A stretch of 64,000 nt of DNA from an uncultured Planctomycetota bacterium (lineage in GTDB: Bacteria; Planctomycetota; Planctomycetia; Pirellulales; Lacipirellulaceae), in NCBI GenBank assembly GCA_963719315.1, contig CAVRBU010000018.1, positions 64,001-128,000 of the forward strand, given 5' to 3'. Each line of letters starts with the position of its first letter. Within the stretch, counting starts at the first letter, position 1. Both the position numbers and the translations under genes were made by a program. The notes below the pieces were generated by a model. It did no database searches. It was given only the letters and a program-made list of their open reading frames with translations, and had not been told where the DNA came from. Positions 1 through 10,165 of the stretch are shown piece by piece.

Positions 1-672
1 CATACGCGCGGCACGAACAAGGACTCGCTCAACGCTTGGATCACGCTGCCGTTCGGTGGGCCAGAGCAAATTGTGCTTACCGGCGTCGCGACCGAGGCAG
101 AGCAGGGACTCAAGACTTCCAAGCGGGGTCCGAAACGCATGCGGCCGGGGGGCGAGGTCTTTCAGTCGCTGTGCAATATGATGGCGGGCGGCGCCCGCAC
201 GATTCTGATGACGCGCTGGCGGACCAGCGGCCGCACGAATTTCGACCTGGTCCGCGAGTTCGCCAAGGAGTTGCCCGACGCGCCTGCGGCCGACGCCTGG
301 CAACGAGCGTGTCTATTGGCGCGCGAAGCGCCACTCGATGCGGCGCGTGAACCACGGCTAAGGCGGTCGGATGAAACAGGCGATTTGCCAACGGCGGATC
401 ACCCGTTTTTCTGGGCTGGCTACATTCTGGTCGATACAGGTCCTCGGCCGGAGCCAGTGGTAACGCCGGAGCCAGCAAAACCGACGACGCTCGACGTTGC
501 CAATGGGAAAGAGTTGCCTGCGCCGGCGAAGGTGGGTGATGCAGTCGCGAAAAAGCCGGAGGGCGACGCAGCGAAGTCCAACGACGAAACTGCGAAGCCA
601 ATGCCGGATGAATCAGGGCAGGGTGCACCCAGCGCCGCGAAACCGGTTGATGCCGCGAAACGCGACGAATAA
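1..672 (+). CDS. CHAT-domain protein, C-terminal part (5' end outside window)
   Basis: Frame is open from base 1; HPFFWAGYILV resembles the CHAT/caspase-like C-terminal motif; low-complexity Pro/Ala tail. Confidence 0.7.
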   Translation, partial: HTRGTNKDSLNAWITLPFGGPEQIVLTGVATEAEQGLKTSKRGPKRMRPGGEVFQSLCNMMAGGARTILMTRWRTSGRTNFDLVREFAKELPDAPAADAWQRACLLAREAPLDAAREPRLRRSDETGDLPTADHPFFWAGYILVDTGPRPEPVVTPEPAKPTTLDVANGKELPAPAKVGDAVAKKPEGDAAKSNDETAKPMPDESGQGAPSAAKPVDAAKRDE

Positions 673-780
673 GGCCGGCCCCGATGCCATGCCTTTGCCG
701 CCAGGCGTCGTCGTCATATCGGTGTAATGCAAAGCGCATGCTATCGCAGCTTGATGCCGAGAAAGCATGCCACCCGATTT

Positions 781-2625
781 TTAGCTCGATTTCGGCGACC
801 GCCACAGGCTCGCCAGCAGCAAATCGCGGATCGAAGGGAACTCGCGCGGCAGGCGATCGAAGAGCTTGAAGAACAGCTCATCGTGCGAAGCGATTTCCTG
901 AATCCATTCCTTACGGCAGACTTTCATGGCTTGGTTGAATTCGTCCTGTGAGAATTTGAGACCTTTCCAGTCGAAGTCTTCGTACTTGGGTGTCCAGCCG
1001 AGCGGGCCTTCGGAGGCGGGGGCGCCACCGTTGACGCGGTCGACGACCCATTTCAGCACGCGCATGTTTTCGCCAAAGCCGGGCCAGAGAAATTTGCCTT
1101 CCGCGTCTCGGCGGAACCAGTTCACGCAAAAGATCGGTGGCAAGTTCGGAAAGCGGCGGCCCATATCGAGCCAGTGACTGAAGTAATCGCCGACGTGGTA
1201 GCCACAGAATGGCAGCATGGCGAATGGATCGCGGCGAACCTGGCCGAGCTGGCCGAATGCCGCTGCCGTCATTTCGGAGCCCATCGTGGCGGCGGCATAT
1301 ACGCCGAACGCCCAGTTAAAGGCTTGCGAAACGAGCGGCACTGTTGCGCTGCGGCGACCACCGAAAATGAACGCCGAGATCGGCACGCCTTTCGAGTCGT
1401 TGTAGGCGGGATCGGCCGACGGGCATTGCGCCATCGGCGCGGTGAAGCGGCTGTTGGGGTGAGCGGCCTTCTTGTCGCTGCCCGGCGCCCAGTCGTTGCC
1501 CTGCCAATCGATGGCGTGTTTCGGCGGGTCGCCGTCCATGCCTTCCCACCATACGTCGCCTTCGTCGGTAAGGGCAACGTTCGTGAAGATCGAGTTCTTC
1601 TTGATCGTCGCCATCGCGTTGGGGTTGGTTTTCTCATTCGTGCCGGGGGCAACGCCGAAGAAGCCGGCTTCCGGATTGATGGCGTACAGTCGACCGTCTT
1701 TACCAGGCTTGAGCCAGGCGATATCGTCACCGACGGTCGAAACTTCCCACCCTTCATCGCGGAAGTTCTTGGGTGGCACGAGCATCGCGAAATTCGTTTT
1801 GCCGCACGCGCTGGGGAAGGCCGCGGCCACGTAGGTCTTCTCGCCATTGGGACTCTTGACGCCCGTGATTAGCATGTGCTCCGCGAGCCAGCCTTCATCG
1901 CGGGCCATGCACGAGGCGATCCGAAGTGCCAGGCACTTCTTGCCCAGCAAGGCGTTTCCGCCGTAGCCGGAGCCGTAGCTCCAGATCATTCGCTCTTCGG
2001 GGAAGTGGACGATGTACTTGTCCTTCGGATCGGGGCTGCACGGCCAGGGCACATCATCTTGGCCCGGCTTGAGCGGCATGCCGACGGTGTGCAAGCACGG
2101 AATGAATTCGCCGTCCTTGCCGAGCACTTTGAGCACGGCTTCACCCATGCGGGTCATGATTCGCATGTTGACGACCACATACGGCGAATCGGAAAGCTGG
2201 ATACCGATGTGGGCGATGTCGGAGCCAATTGGGCCCATGCTGAATGGGATCACGTACATCGTGCGGCCGCGCATGCAGCCGTCGAACTTCGGCGTGAGGA
2301 GGGCTTTCATCTTATCCGGCGCCATCCAGTTATTGGTCGGGCCGGCGTCTTCTTCTTTCACCGAGCAGATATACGTGCGGTCCTCGACCCGGGCCACGTC
2401 GCTTGGATGGCTCCGTGCCAAAAAGCTTCCCGGGCGAAGTTCTGGATTCAGTTTGATGAACGTGCCCGCGGCGACCATCTCTTCGCAGAGCCGATCGTAT
2501 TCTTCTTGCGAGCCGTTGCACCAATACACCTGGTCGGGCTTGCACAGGGCGGCCATCTTGTCGACCCAGGCGACAAGCTGTCTGTGTTGAACGGTGCTGG
2601 GGGCTTCAAGCGTTTTCGTGGGCAC
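781..2625 (-). CDS. pckG: Phosphoenolpyruvate carboxykinase (GTP)
   Basis: 614 aa; [53 protein letters not shown]. Confidence 0.97.
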   Translation of the reverse strand: MPTKTLEAPSTVQHRQLVAWVDKMAALCKPDQVYWCNGSQEEYDRLCEEMVAAGTFIKLNPELRPGSFLARSHPSDVARVEDRTYICSVKEEDAGPTNNWMAPDKMKALLTPKFDGCMRGRTMYVIPFSMGPIGSDIAHIGIQLSDSPYVVVNMRIMTRMGEAVLKVLGKDGEFIPCLHTVGMPLKPGQDDVPWPCSPDPKDKYIVHFPEERMIWSYGSGYGGNALLGKKCLALRIASCMARDEGWLAEHMLITGVKSPNGEKTYVAAAFPSACGKTNFAMLVPPKNFRDEGWEVSTVGDDIAWLKPGKDGRLYAINPEAGFFGVAPGTNEKTNPNAMATIKKNSIFTNVALTDEGDVWWEGMDGDPPKHAIDWQGNDWAPGSDKKAAHPNSRFTAPMAQCPSADPAYNDSKGVPISAFIFGGRRSATVPLVSQAFNWAFGVYAAATMGSEMTAAAFGQLGQVRRDPFAMLPFCGYHVGDYFSHWLDMGRRFPNLPPIFCVNWFRRDAEGKFLWPGFGENMRVLKWVVDRVNGGAPASEGPLGWTPKYEDFDWKGLKFSQDEFNQAMKVCRKEWIQEIASHDELFFKLFDRLPREFPSIRDLLLASLWRSPKSS

Positions 2626-2822
2626 GTAGGTTCTCCTCTTTTAATCAAGCAAGCGATACAACGATTCGACTAAGGTGGGCAACCACTGAAGCCTGGGAAT
2701 TCAGGGCGCGACTTCTAATTTTGCCATGTTTGGGCGACCTCTCCAAGGGGCCAAAAAGGTGGCTGCAATCCGCTTTTTGGAGTAAGCTGACGGGTGACCG
2801 TACAAGCCGAAGAGGAGCCTCT

Positions 2823-4053
2823 ATGGACGATATCGTAAGATCTGAATCGCGGGATAGGCCGTCCGTGGCGCGGCGTGGGCAAGGTTTCGCTGGCCGCACG
2901 TTGATCGGGCTCAGCATCGTCGCGCTGTGCGTAGCGACTTGCCTAACAACGTCGAGCGTAATCGCCTCGGAGAAGACGGGAGTCCCATATTGGTCCGCGG
3001 ACTTCGCAACGTGGGGACGCTCGCCGGCGGATTTGTTCGATACGCTCAGGGATTATTACCGCACGCTCCACTCGCTCCGTCGGATTCCCGGCACGAAAGC
3101 GTACCTGATGGACTACTACGTCGATTACCACATCGACGAAGTCCGCGCCCACGGGGTCGATGTAAAGCACGTCGATGATAGCGTGCTTGGCGTGTTGCTG
3201 CCCAAATGGACACTTCCCGTTGCCGTGCGGTTAAAGTCCAGGTTTCTTTCGGAGCAGATCGAAGCGATCGAGGCGGGCGAGCATTGTTCCACGGTGACGC
3301 TGCACTCCAAAAAAGGTCACGTATTCTTTGGCCGCAATCTCGATTACAAGCATGACGCCTGTTTGATTCTCAAGGTGCACGGACACGATGCCGCGTCGTC
3401 GGTGGCAGTATTGGATCTGCACTATTTGAATTTGGATCGCGACGACCTGGAGCAAACAAGTTTGACTAGGCGATTGCCGCTGTTGTTCGCACCCTACTAT
3501 CTGCAGGATGGCATGAATCAATATGGCGTAGCGGTCGCCGATATGTCGGTCCCCGGCGTCCGCGCCGTACGACCCGGGCAAACCAAGCGTCATCCATTCG
3601 CTCGCGATGCGGTTGATTCTGGACTATGCCAAAAACACCGACGAAGCGATCGAGCTGCTGAAGCAGTACAACATTTACTTCGTCGCGGAGACCTGCCATT
3701 TGATGATCGCCGACGCCTCGGGCAAGTCGGCAGTCGTCGAATTCATTGATGGCGAGCTAAAACAGACGACCACGCAAGAGCCGTGGCAGGTTTGTACGAA
3801 CCATCAAATTTGCGGCAAAAGCGAGGCTGAAAACGACGAGAGTTGCCAGCGATACCACACGGCGTCCGATGAATTGGCCGCGATGAAGGACGGCGTTTCT
3901 GCCAGCGACGTGATGAAGGTGATGGATTCCGTGCATCAGAAAACGACAATGTGGTCGAGCGTGTACGATCTTTCCACTGGCGATTTCAGAGTCGTGTACC
4001 GTCAGCATTACGACGCGCCGTTTGAAGACCACATAGGGGAACGCCATCCATGA
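2823..4053 (+). CDS. Ntn-hydrolase (choloylglycine hydrolase/peptidase C45-like), apparent frameshift at about 3563
   Basis: AGGAG SD before ATG 2823; signal/TM segment; CSTV..FFGRNLD, DGMNQYGVAVA; second frame continues PYDPGKPSVIHSLAMRLILD..HLMIADASGKSAVVE..TNH. Confidence 0.75.
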
Positions 4054-4061
4054 GGCAGGAA

Positions 4062-6101
4062 CTACATTCGCTCGACCACCTGAATGCCGAGCAAACTTAG
4101 GCCGAGTTCGATCGTGCGGGCCGTCAGGTCGCACAGGGCAAGCCGGCTCATCCGCAGTTCGTCGCTTTCCGCCCTGAGAACGGGGCAGTATTCATAGAAA
4201 TCACTGTAACTGGTCGCCAGCGCGAACAAATAAGCAGCCAGGTGATTGGGTCGATAGTCGGACGCGACGTGGTCCAGGGCTTCCGCGAATTGTAGCAGTG
4301 AAATGCCAAGCGCCCTTTCTTGCGGCGTAGTGAGCAAAATGGAAGGTGTCGGGTGTCGGATGTCAAGTGTCAGAGAGTTCGTGGATCCGACACCTGACAC
4401 CCGACACCCGACACCTATGTTGCCTGCTTGCTCTGCCTTAGCAAAAATGCTCCGCACGCGGGCGTAGCTGTTTTGCATGTACGTCGCGGTGTTGCCGGTC
4501 ATAGCTAGCATTTTTTCGTAACTGAAAACGTAGTCGCTCGTGCGATTGTGGGCGAGGTCAGCGTATTTGATCGCACCGATGCCGATTCGCTCCGCGACTT
4601 GCCGCCGCTCTTCTTCGGAAAGCATTGGTTCCGGCCGCGCATCATCATTTTGCGAAACGATCGCGTATGCCCGCTCGACGGCTTCATCCAGTAAGCCGGC
4701 CAAACCGACCGAGGCGCCGGTGCGGGTTTTGAACGGTCGGCCGTCATCGCCCAGCACGGTTCCAAACGAGATGTGCTGTAGCTCAACCTCGCGATAACCC
4801 CACCGCCGGGCCGCGGCGAAAAGTTGTTCGAAGTGCAGCGACTGGCGATGATCGACCACGTAAAGAATCGCATCCGGCCGCCACTGTTTCATGCGGTATT
4901 GAACGGTCGCCAGATCGGTCGTGGCGTACAAAAATGCGCCGTCCTGCTTCTGAACGATCATTGGCACGTCGTAGCCGTCGAGGAATAGACAGATCGCGCC
5001 GTCACTCTCTCGCGTAAGTCCTTTTTCTGACAGGTCCTTCACGACGCCTTGGAGCCGGTCCTGGTAAAAACTCTCACCGAGCGTATGGTCAAACTCGACG
5101 CCGAGCCGTTTGTAAACGAGATTGATTTCAGCCAGGCAAGCTGGCAAAAAATCGCGCCACAAGCCCACGTTCGTCGCATCGTCGCTATGGAGCCGGGCCG
5201 TCTCCAATAAGACCTGTCGACCGATATCTGCATGTTCTGCCGCTAACTTACTCAACTGCGGATCGCTATCTACTGTGCCAACTTTGAGATAGTATCCGGC
5301 CAGTTCGCCGCGCATTTTGCTAACTTCGTTATCGCGCTCTCGCTGACGCTTAGCCGCTTGTTTGGCCTCTTTGGCATCGGCTGGCAGAGATTGGTTCGAC
5401 CAACCGTCCGCACCCTTGTCGGCATCGGCAAGGAGTTTCTCAAGTGCTGGGATTTTTTCGTTTCGCGTCTCGTGGTACTCCACCAGCGAGTTGACGAGCT
5501 TGTAGAGCCGCGTTAGTTCATCAACCGCGTGGCGCTTGAGCGAGTCGCGATCGACGAAATGCTTGAACCCGTAAATGATCATCCCGAACTGCGTGCCCCA
5601 GTCGCCGAGATGATTGTCGCTAATCGTGTGGTGGCCGAGAAACTTGAGAATACGGTAGAGAGCGTCGCCGATAACGGTCGAGCGAATGTGACCCACGTGC
5701 ATCGGTTTGGCGACGTTCGGTGACGAATAATCGACGACGAACGTCCGCGGCGCCGAGGTCCGCGGCACGCCCAGTCGATCAACGTCCCGGCTTGTCTCGC
5801 TTAATTGTGTTGCCAACCATGCATCCTTCAACCGCACGTTGATAAACCCGGGCCCGGCAATTTCCGGCGGATCACACCAGTCGCCAACGTCGAGCGCCGC
5901 GATGAGCTGTGCGGCAATCTCACGCGACGGCTTGCCCAGCCGCTTGCGGAGTGGCATCGCGCAGTTGGCCTGGTAATCGCCGAACTTCACGTCCTGGCTG
6001 GGCAACACCAAGGCAGTCAATGCGGGCACTTCTGCAGCATCGATGCCCAGCGTCCCGAGCGCGAGAGCGAACTGGCTGCGTAGAGTGGCGAGTATGTTCA
6101 T
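4062..6101 (-). CDS. argS: Arginine--tRNA ligase
   Basis: FGDYQAN, VDYSSPNVAKPMHVGHIRSTVIGD, NHLGDWGTQFG, YATTDLA, C-terminal VERM. Confidence 0.97.
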   Translation of the reverse strand: MNILATLRSQFALALGTLGIDAAEVPALTALVLPSQDVKFGDYQANCAMPLRKRLGKPSREIAAQLIAALDVGDWCDPPEIAGPGFINVRLKDAWLATQLSETSRDVDRLGVPRTSAPRTFVVDYSSPNVAKPMHVGHIRSTVIGDALYRILKFLGHHTISDNHLGDWGTQFGMIIYGFKHFVDRDSLKRHAVDELTRLYKLVNSLVEYHETRNEKIPALEKLLADADKGADGWSNQSLPADAKEAKQAAKRQRERDNEVSKMRGELAGYYLKVGTVDSDPQLSKLAAEHADIGRQVLLETARLHSDDATNVGLWRDFLPACLAEINLVYKRLGVEFDHTLGESFYQDRLQGVVKDLSEKGLTRESDGAICLFLDGYDVPMIVQKQDGAFLYATTDLATVQYRMKQWRPDAILYVVDHRQSLHFEQLFAAARRWGYREVELQHISFGTVLGDDGRPFKTRTGASVGLAGLLDEAVERAYAIVSQNDDARPEPMLSEEERRQVAERIGIGAIKYADLAHNRTSDYVFSYEKMLAMTGNTATYMQNSYARVRSIFAKAEQAGNIGVGCRVSGVGSTNSLTLDIRHPTPSILLTTPQERALGISLLQFAEALDHVASDYRPNHLAAYLFALATSYSDFYEYCPVLRAESDELRMSRLALCDLTARTIELGLSLLGIQVVERM
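4344..4416. repeat. Heptamer-arm palindrome, (GGGTGTC)n / (GACACCC)n, in frame inside argS
   Basis: AGGTGTC GGGTGTC GGATGTC AAGTGTC - spacer - CCGACAC CTGACAC CCGACAC CCGACAC; encodes GVGCRVSGVGSTNSLTLDIRHPTP. Confidence 0.9.
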
Positions 6102-6108
6102 CGTTCAA

Positions 6109-6212
6109 AGACAAGAAGACAAGGAGATCGGGAGACAAGGAGATGCTGGAAATAGCCGTTACTGTCCCACATCACAGTCTACTTGTCTCCGTGTCTCCCA
6201 GTCTCCTTATCT
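6109..6212. repeat. Octamer-arm palindrome, (GACAAGGA)n / (TCCTTGTC)n, intergenic
   Basis: AGACAAGAAGACAAGGAGATCGGGAGACAAGGAGA ... GTCTACTTGTCTCCGTGTCTCCCAGTCTCCTTATCT. Confidence 0.85.
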
Positions 6213-6567
6213 AATTCTTTTGCCACGGCAGCGGGATTCGGGCCGCCTGGCCCCACAAATCCTCCAGCGCGTAGTAAGCCCGCGTTTCGGCATCGAACAT
6301 GTGAATAACGACCGTTCCGTAATCCAAAAGGATCCAACGGCTTTCGTTGTAGCCCTCGATGCCCATGCGGTGGTCGCTCAGCTCGCTCTCGAGGACGCGG
6401 TCGATCTCCTCGCTGATCGCATGCAGTTGGCGGCGGCTGTTGCCGGTGACCAGCACGAAATAGTCGAATTCGGTGGTCATTCCCCGCATATCGAGCACGG
6501 CGATGTCTTCGCCGCGATTGTCCTCGGCCGTGCGCGCCGCGGCCAGCGCGAGCTGCTTGCTTCGCAA
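6211..6567 (-). CDS. rsfS: Ribosome silencing factor RsfS (start uncertain)
   Basis: DIAVLDMR, DYFVLVTGNSRRQLHAI, WILLDYGTVVIHMF, YYALEDLW. Confidence 0.93.
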   Translation of the reverse strand: MRSKQLALAAARTAEDNRGEDIAVLDMRGMTTEFDYFVLVTGNSRRQLHAISEEIDRVLESELSDHRMGIEGYNESRWILLDYGTVVIHMFDAETRAYYALEDLWGQAARIPLPWQKN

Positions 6568-6740
6568 CTGGCGAACCTCGAGTGTGGCGGCGGCATTAGC
6601 GATGGTGACGATACCCTAGGCAGCTCTGGCGGCGAATTATAGTGGCCCAATTTTAACCGTTGGGTCCGCCCGCGACGAGGGGACAGCAGAATACGAAGTG
6701 ATACCGTTTGAGTTGGCACCATAATGCCTTTTGCATGCGG

Positions 6741-6965
6741 CTAAAAGCCATATTTCTCTGGATAGGCCAACACAGCGTCAACGATATGTTCAGCAGCGGG
6801 CCTCAATACATCGGCGGCCATTAACAATTCAATCATCTTCCGCCGGTTTCTCGAAAGCGCTGCAATGTCCCAGCCGTCAATCAGCCCGGCTGCGTAAAGT
6901 CGCTCATTCGTTGTCATCCCACAGTACGGGCTGGGCGGAGGTTTTTCGCTAGGAATATCGTTCAT
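6741..6965 (-). CDS. Small hypothetical protein
   Basis: About 74-aa ORF with GMTTNERLYAAGL; lower-GC neighbourhood. Confidence 0.55.
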   Translation of the reverse strand: MNDIPSEKPPPSPYCGMTTNERLYAAGLIDGWDIAALSRNRRKMIELLMAADVLRPAAEHIVDAVLAYPEKYGF

Positions 6966-7020
6966 GCTGGCTACCATAGTCGGAATGATCTTCAAACGGT
7001 ATCACTACCGCAGAATAGGC

Positions 7021-7110
7021 AAAGAGACAAGCAGAGGGGGAAGAAAGGAGTTGCGAAAACACGCGGGGCTAGCCATCCTTCTCCTCGTTTCGCCCTCTAC
7101 GTCTTTTTTC
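7021..7110. repeat. Degenerate purine-arm/pyrimidine-arm palindrome
   Basis: AAAGAGACAAGCAGAGGGGGAAGAAAGGAG ... CTTCTCCTCGTTTCGCCCTCTACGTCTTTTTTC. Confidence 0.5.
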
Positions 7111-7224
7111 CCAGCTGGGCTGGCGTCAATCGCGCCGGCGCGAGTATAAACAACACTCTTGAGTGCTACGTCAGGAAAGCGTTCCTCAAGCGCGCATGCA
7201 TGACGCTGGCCGGAGGCTCGAGCG

Positions 7225-7638
7225 ATGGACTGCGATCAAGTTTTCATGATTCTCACGCGCGGTCCATTCCCGACCGGCGAAGCCTGGGACGAGGACGTCG
7301 AGGCCCATTTGGAATTGTGCGCCGATTGCTGGCGGTTGGCCGAAGCGCTCCGGCCGGCACTTGAAGTCTTTCAGGAGGCAGTGCCACCCTCGGAAGGCCG
7401 CGATCTGCCCGGCTACTGGGGTGACGCCCGCCCGGCTTCGACAATGACGGCCCAACTGGTCCAGGGCTCGAGGCGCACGGCACTGATCGCTGAATCGGAC
7501 CCCGCTCGACCTGCCTATCACAGTTATCTCCCCCAACCGTTATCGAGCGAGCTTTCGGTCGATGTGTTTCGAGCGATGGCGCTCGCCGCCACGATGACGG
7601 TGGCTGTTCTGGCCCTGTTTTCGCTATTTAGAGGCTAG
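7225..7638 (+). CDS. Zinc-finger (HC2) membrane protein, anti-sigma-factor-like
   Basis: MDC...HLELCADC (HxxxCxxC) at the N-terminus; C-terminal TM helix. Confidence 0.7.
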   Translation: MDCDQVFMILTRGPFPTGEAWDEDVEAHLELCADCWRLAEALRPALEVFQEAVPPSEGRDLPGYWGDARPASTMTAQLVQGSRRTALIAESDPARPAYHSYLPQPLSSELSVDVFRAMALAATMTVAVLALFSLFRG

Positions 7639-7769
7639 TGCTTTGTCACAGCTTGATTTTGGGATTAGCCGCGGGGCGCTAGCCCCCGGTTGGAGCGGCA
7701 CAAACCGGGGGCTAGCGCCCTGCGGCTGATGCGCCCAACCCCAATTTTTTAGCTGTGACAAAGCACTAG
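7635..7769. mobile_element. MITE-like element, copy 1 (135 bp)
   Basis: Perfect 19-bp terminal inverted repeat CTAGTGCTTTGTCACAGCT/AGCTGTGACAAAGCACTAG; long internal hairpin; second copy at 52794-52927. Confidence 0.85.
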
Positions 7770-7962
7770 GGCGATTTGCCCCTGGGTGCTTTGTGAGCTA
7801 GGTTTGCGTAACGGACTGGACTGCCCACCCGCTCACCTCGTCGCTTGTCTCTAGCCACTGCCGCGCGTCCAGCTCCGTACTTGTCTTGCGCCGTTTTTGG
7901 CGAGTCATTCTGGCCTGCCTTCGTGCGCCGTTTTCCAACTGTTGACCTCGCAGTGTGTTCGT

Positions 7963-8448
7963 ATGAACTTTGCCATCGATTTTGATGCCGTCGATCCCGA
8001 CCGCGCCACGCTCACCAGCCAAATTGAATCATTACTGTTTCGAGTAAATCCGCGCGTCGCTCTCGAACGTCGTCGGGACGAACGCATTGCCATTCCGGTG
8101 CTGTTTCGCCTGACGCCGTTGGACACCGATCGCCAACCGGTCGAAATCGAATCGGCGTTCGTGGTGGGCAAGAATATATCCCGTCGCGGGATGAGCTTTT
8201 TTCACGAGCGGCCGATACCGTACCGCCGGGCGCTCATTGCGTTGGCTCAACCGGGCCTGGGAGATTTTGATGCGGAAATCGACGTGAGCTGGTGCCGCTT
8301 CACGCGGCCCGGCTGGTACGAGAGCGGTGGCCGGCTGATCCGCAGTGCAGTTCGCGCCATCCATCCTGACGGCGATGCTACCGGTCGCGCCGAACTGCTG
8401 CAACTGGCCGCATCAGGGTATTCGGCAACGCTTACCGCCGGCGTTTGA
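7963..8448 (+). CDS. PilZ-domain protein (putative c-di-GMP binding)
   Basis: RRDER (RxxxR) and NISRRG (N/DxSxxG) motifs. Confidence 0.8.
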   Translation: MNFAIDFDAVDPDRATLTSQIESLLFRVNPRVALERRRDERIAIPVLFRLTPLDTDRQPVEIESAFVVGKNISRRGMSFFHERPIPYRRALIALAQPGLGDFDAEIDVSWCRFTRPGWYESGGRLIRSAVRAIHPDGDATGRAELLQLAASGYSATLTAGV

Positions 8449-8626
8449 TGCACGGCCCGTGCCGGGCCGATTTCTGAAGCGGGAACGGCAATAATTTGAC
8501 CCCCCGCCGGCGAATGGATTACCATTATTCCACGCGCCGGCGGCCCTGGGCGCCGCCGCGCACCGAGGCAATTGCCTCCGCCATTGTTTTCTTTTCTTGC
8601 GGGACCAGTATACAGGAGGCCGAGAC

Positions 8627-9841
8627 ATGAATGGCATGAAACACTTATTGAACTGCGCGGTGATCGGATGGTGCATGGTCGGGGCAGCGGTCGCGCAAAC
8701 ACAGGATTCGGAGGGCGGTCCGGCTGGAGCTGCACCGGGCGCGGCCACTGAAAAATCTTTGTTGACGGCGGGCGTCGCCCCAGCGAAGGCCGACGGGACG
8801 TCGATTGGTTTTTGCCAATGCGTGGGCGATTCGGAAGCGGCCGGCACCCGAAAAATTGAACAAGCTTTGAGCGGCCCCCTGCATTCGGCAGGCTTGGACT
8901 ACGCGGAGCAGCCGCTAAATGACGTGGTTTCACAACTGCAGGATGACTACGGAATTCCAATTCAATTGGATCATGCGGCGCTGGAGGCAGTAGGTGTTCG
9001 CCCTGACGAACAAGTGACCAGCAATCTTCATAATATTTCATTGCGATCCGCCCTGAGATTGATGCTTAAAAAACTCCAACTCACATACATTATCCAGGAT
9101 GAGGTCTTGCTCATCACCACCCCCGACGAAGCTGAAAAAACCTTGAAGGTCTGGGTTTACAACGTCGCCAGCATCGCCGGCGAACGCGGCGTTCAAATGG
9201 ATGCGCTCTCCGACACCATACTTTCATGCGTGGCAACCGACACCTGGGCCGAGAATGGCGGCGGCCAGGCGGCAATTCGCCCGATCAAGCCGGGCTTGCT
9301 CGTGATTTCACAAACCGCCGCCGTCCACGAAGAGATCCGCGATTTAATGGCAGCGATACGGAAAGTACGGAGTGAAAACGCGCGTGAAGTGAAGACTTCC
9401 GCCGATGCTAATGTTCCGACTCCGAATGAAGTCGTCACACGATCGTATCTCCTGCAACTGAATCCCTCGGACGACATTAATACGATGCGGTCCCAAATTC
9501 GCGAGCTGATTACGGGCTCGCTGCCCGATGAGGTCTGGACCGGCCGGCTTGCCGATGGCCAGGCGGTGACGCTCACCGTGTTTCACGATCGGATCGTCGT
9601 GCGGCAAACGCCTGCGGTGCAGGAAAAGCTGCAAAAAATTCTGGCCGACAGCGGGATTGCAACGCCATCCACCGGGGTTGCCGCGAATGAAAGTGGCGGC
9701 GGGTTTGGCCGCGGTGGCGGTGGAGGCGGGTTCTTTCGCCCCAGCCTTGAAAACAGCGGCCGCTACGGAGCCTCCGGCTCGCCCCTCGGCGCCAACCCGA
9801 CCGCCCCTGAGCCAGCCGGCGATAGTCCCTTTGCCAATTGA
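8627..9841 (+). CDS. Secreted protein with STN/secretin N-domain-like repeats
   Basis: AGGAGG SD; signal peptide ending AVA-Q; PLNDVV..IPIQLD..ISLRSALRLML..LTYIIQDEVLLIT; LVISQT..VHEEI. Confidence 0.65.
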   Translation: MNGMKHLLNCAVIGWCMVGAAVAQTQDSEGGPAGAAPGAATEKSLLTAGVAPAKADGTSIGFCQCVGDSEAAGTRKIEQALSGPLHSAGLDYAEQPLNDVVSQLQDDYGIPIQLDHAALEAVGVRPDEQVTSNLHNISLRSALRLMLKKLQLTYIIQDEVLLITTPDEAEKTLKVWVYNVASIAGERGVQMDALSDTILSCVATDTWAENGGGQAAIRPIKPGLLVISQTAAVHEEIRDLMAAIRKVRSENAREVKTSADANVPTPNEVVTRSYLLQLNPSDDINTMRSQIRELITGSLPDEVWTGRLADGQAVTLTVFHDRIVVRQTPAVQEKLQKILADSGIATPSTGVAANESGGGFGRGGGGGGFFRPSLENSGRYGASGSPLGANPTAPEPAGDSPFAN

Positions 9842-9987
9842 CAACAAAATGTAGCAGGCATGCTCCGCATACCGTAGCTGCCGCGACATCTGGCGCTGCC
9901 TCTCGGGAGGCGGACTGCGTACTGAGCACGCCTGATGACAATCCCGGCACAGCCCAGTGGTGTCCTAATTTGAGGCCCAACAACCTT

Positions 9988-10038
9988 GTAGCACGGACTT
10001 CAGTCCGTGATTCTCCTACGGACTAAAGTCCGTACTAC
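9988..10038. repeat. GTAG-type REP doublet (REPIN-like)
   Basis: GTAGCACGGACTTCAGTCCGTG ... ACGGACTAAAGTCCGTACTAC. Confidence 0.8.
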
Positions 10039-10165
10039 AAAGTTCCGCTCCGAACGGTGCCAAAATTAGGACACTACCCACAGCCCCCCACGATTGTCGG
10101 CCCCGTGACGAGGCTGGTAGACTGGCGGTTCTCGTATTCACAACCAGAACCTCAGGTCTGCTGTC

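Noticed and set aside
6714..6727. Sigma54-like TGGCACCATAATGC
   Set aside because: GG-to-GC spacing is 9 rather than 10, and no plus-strand gene follows closely
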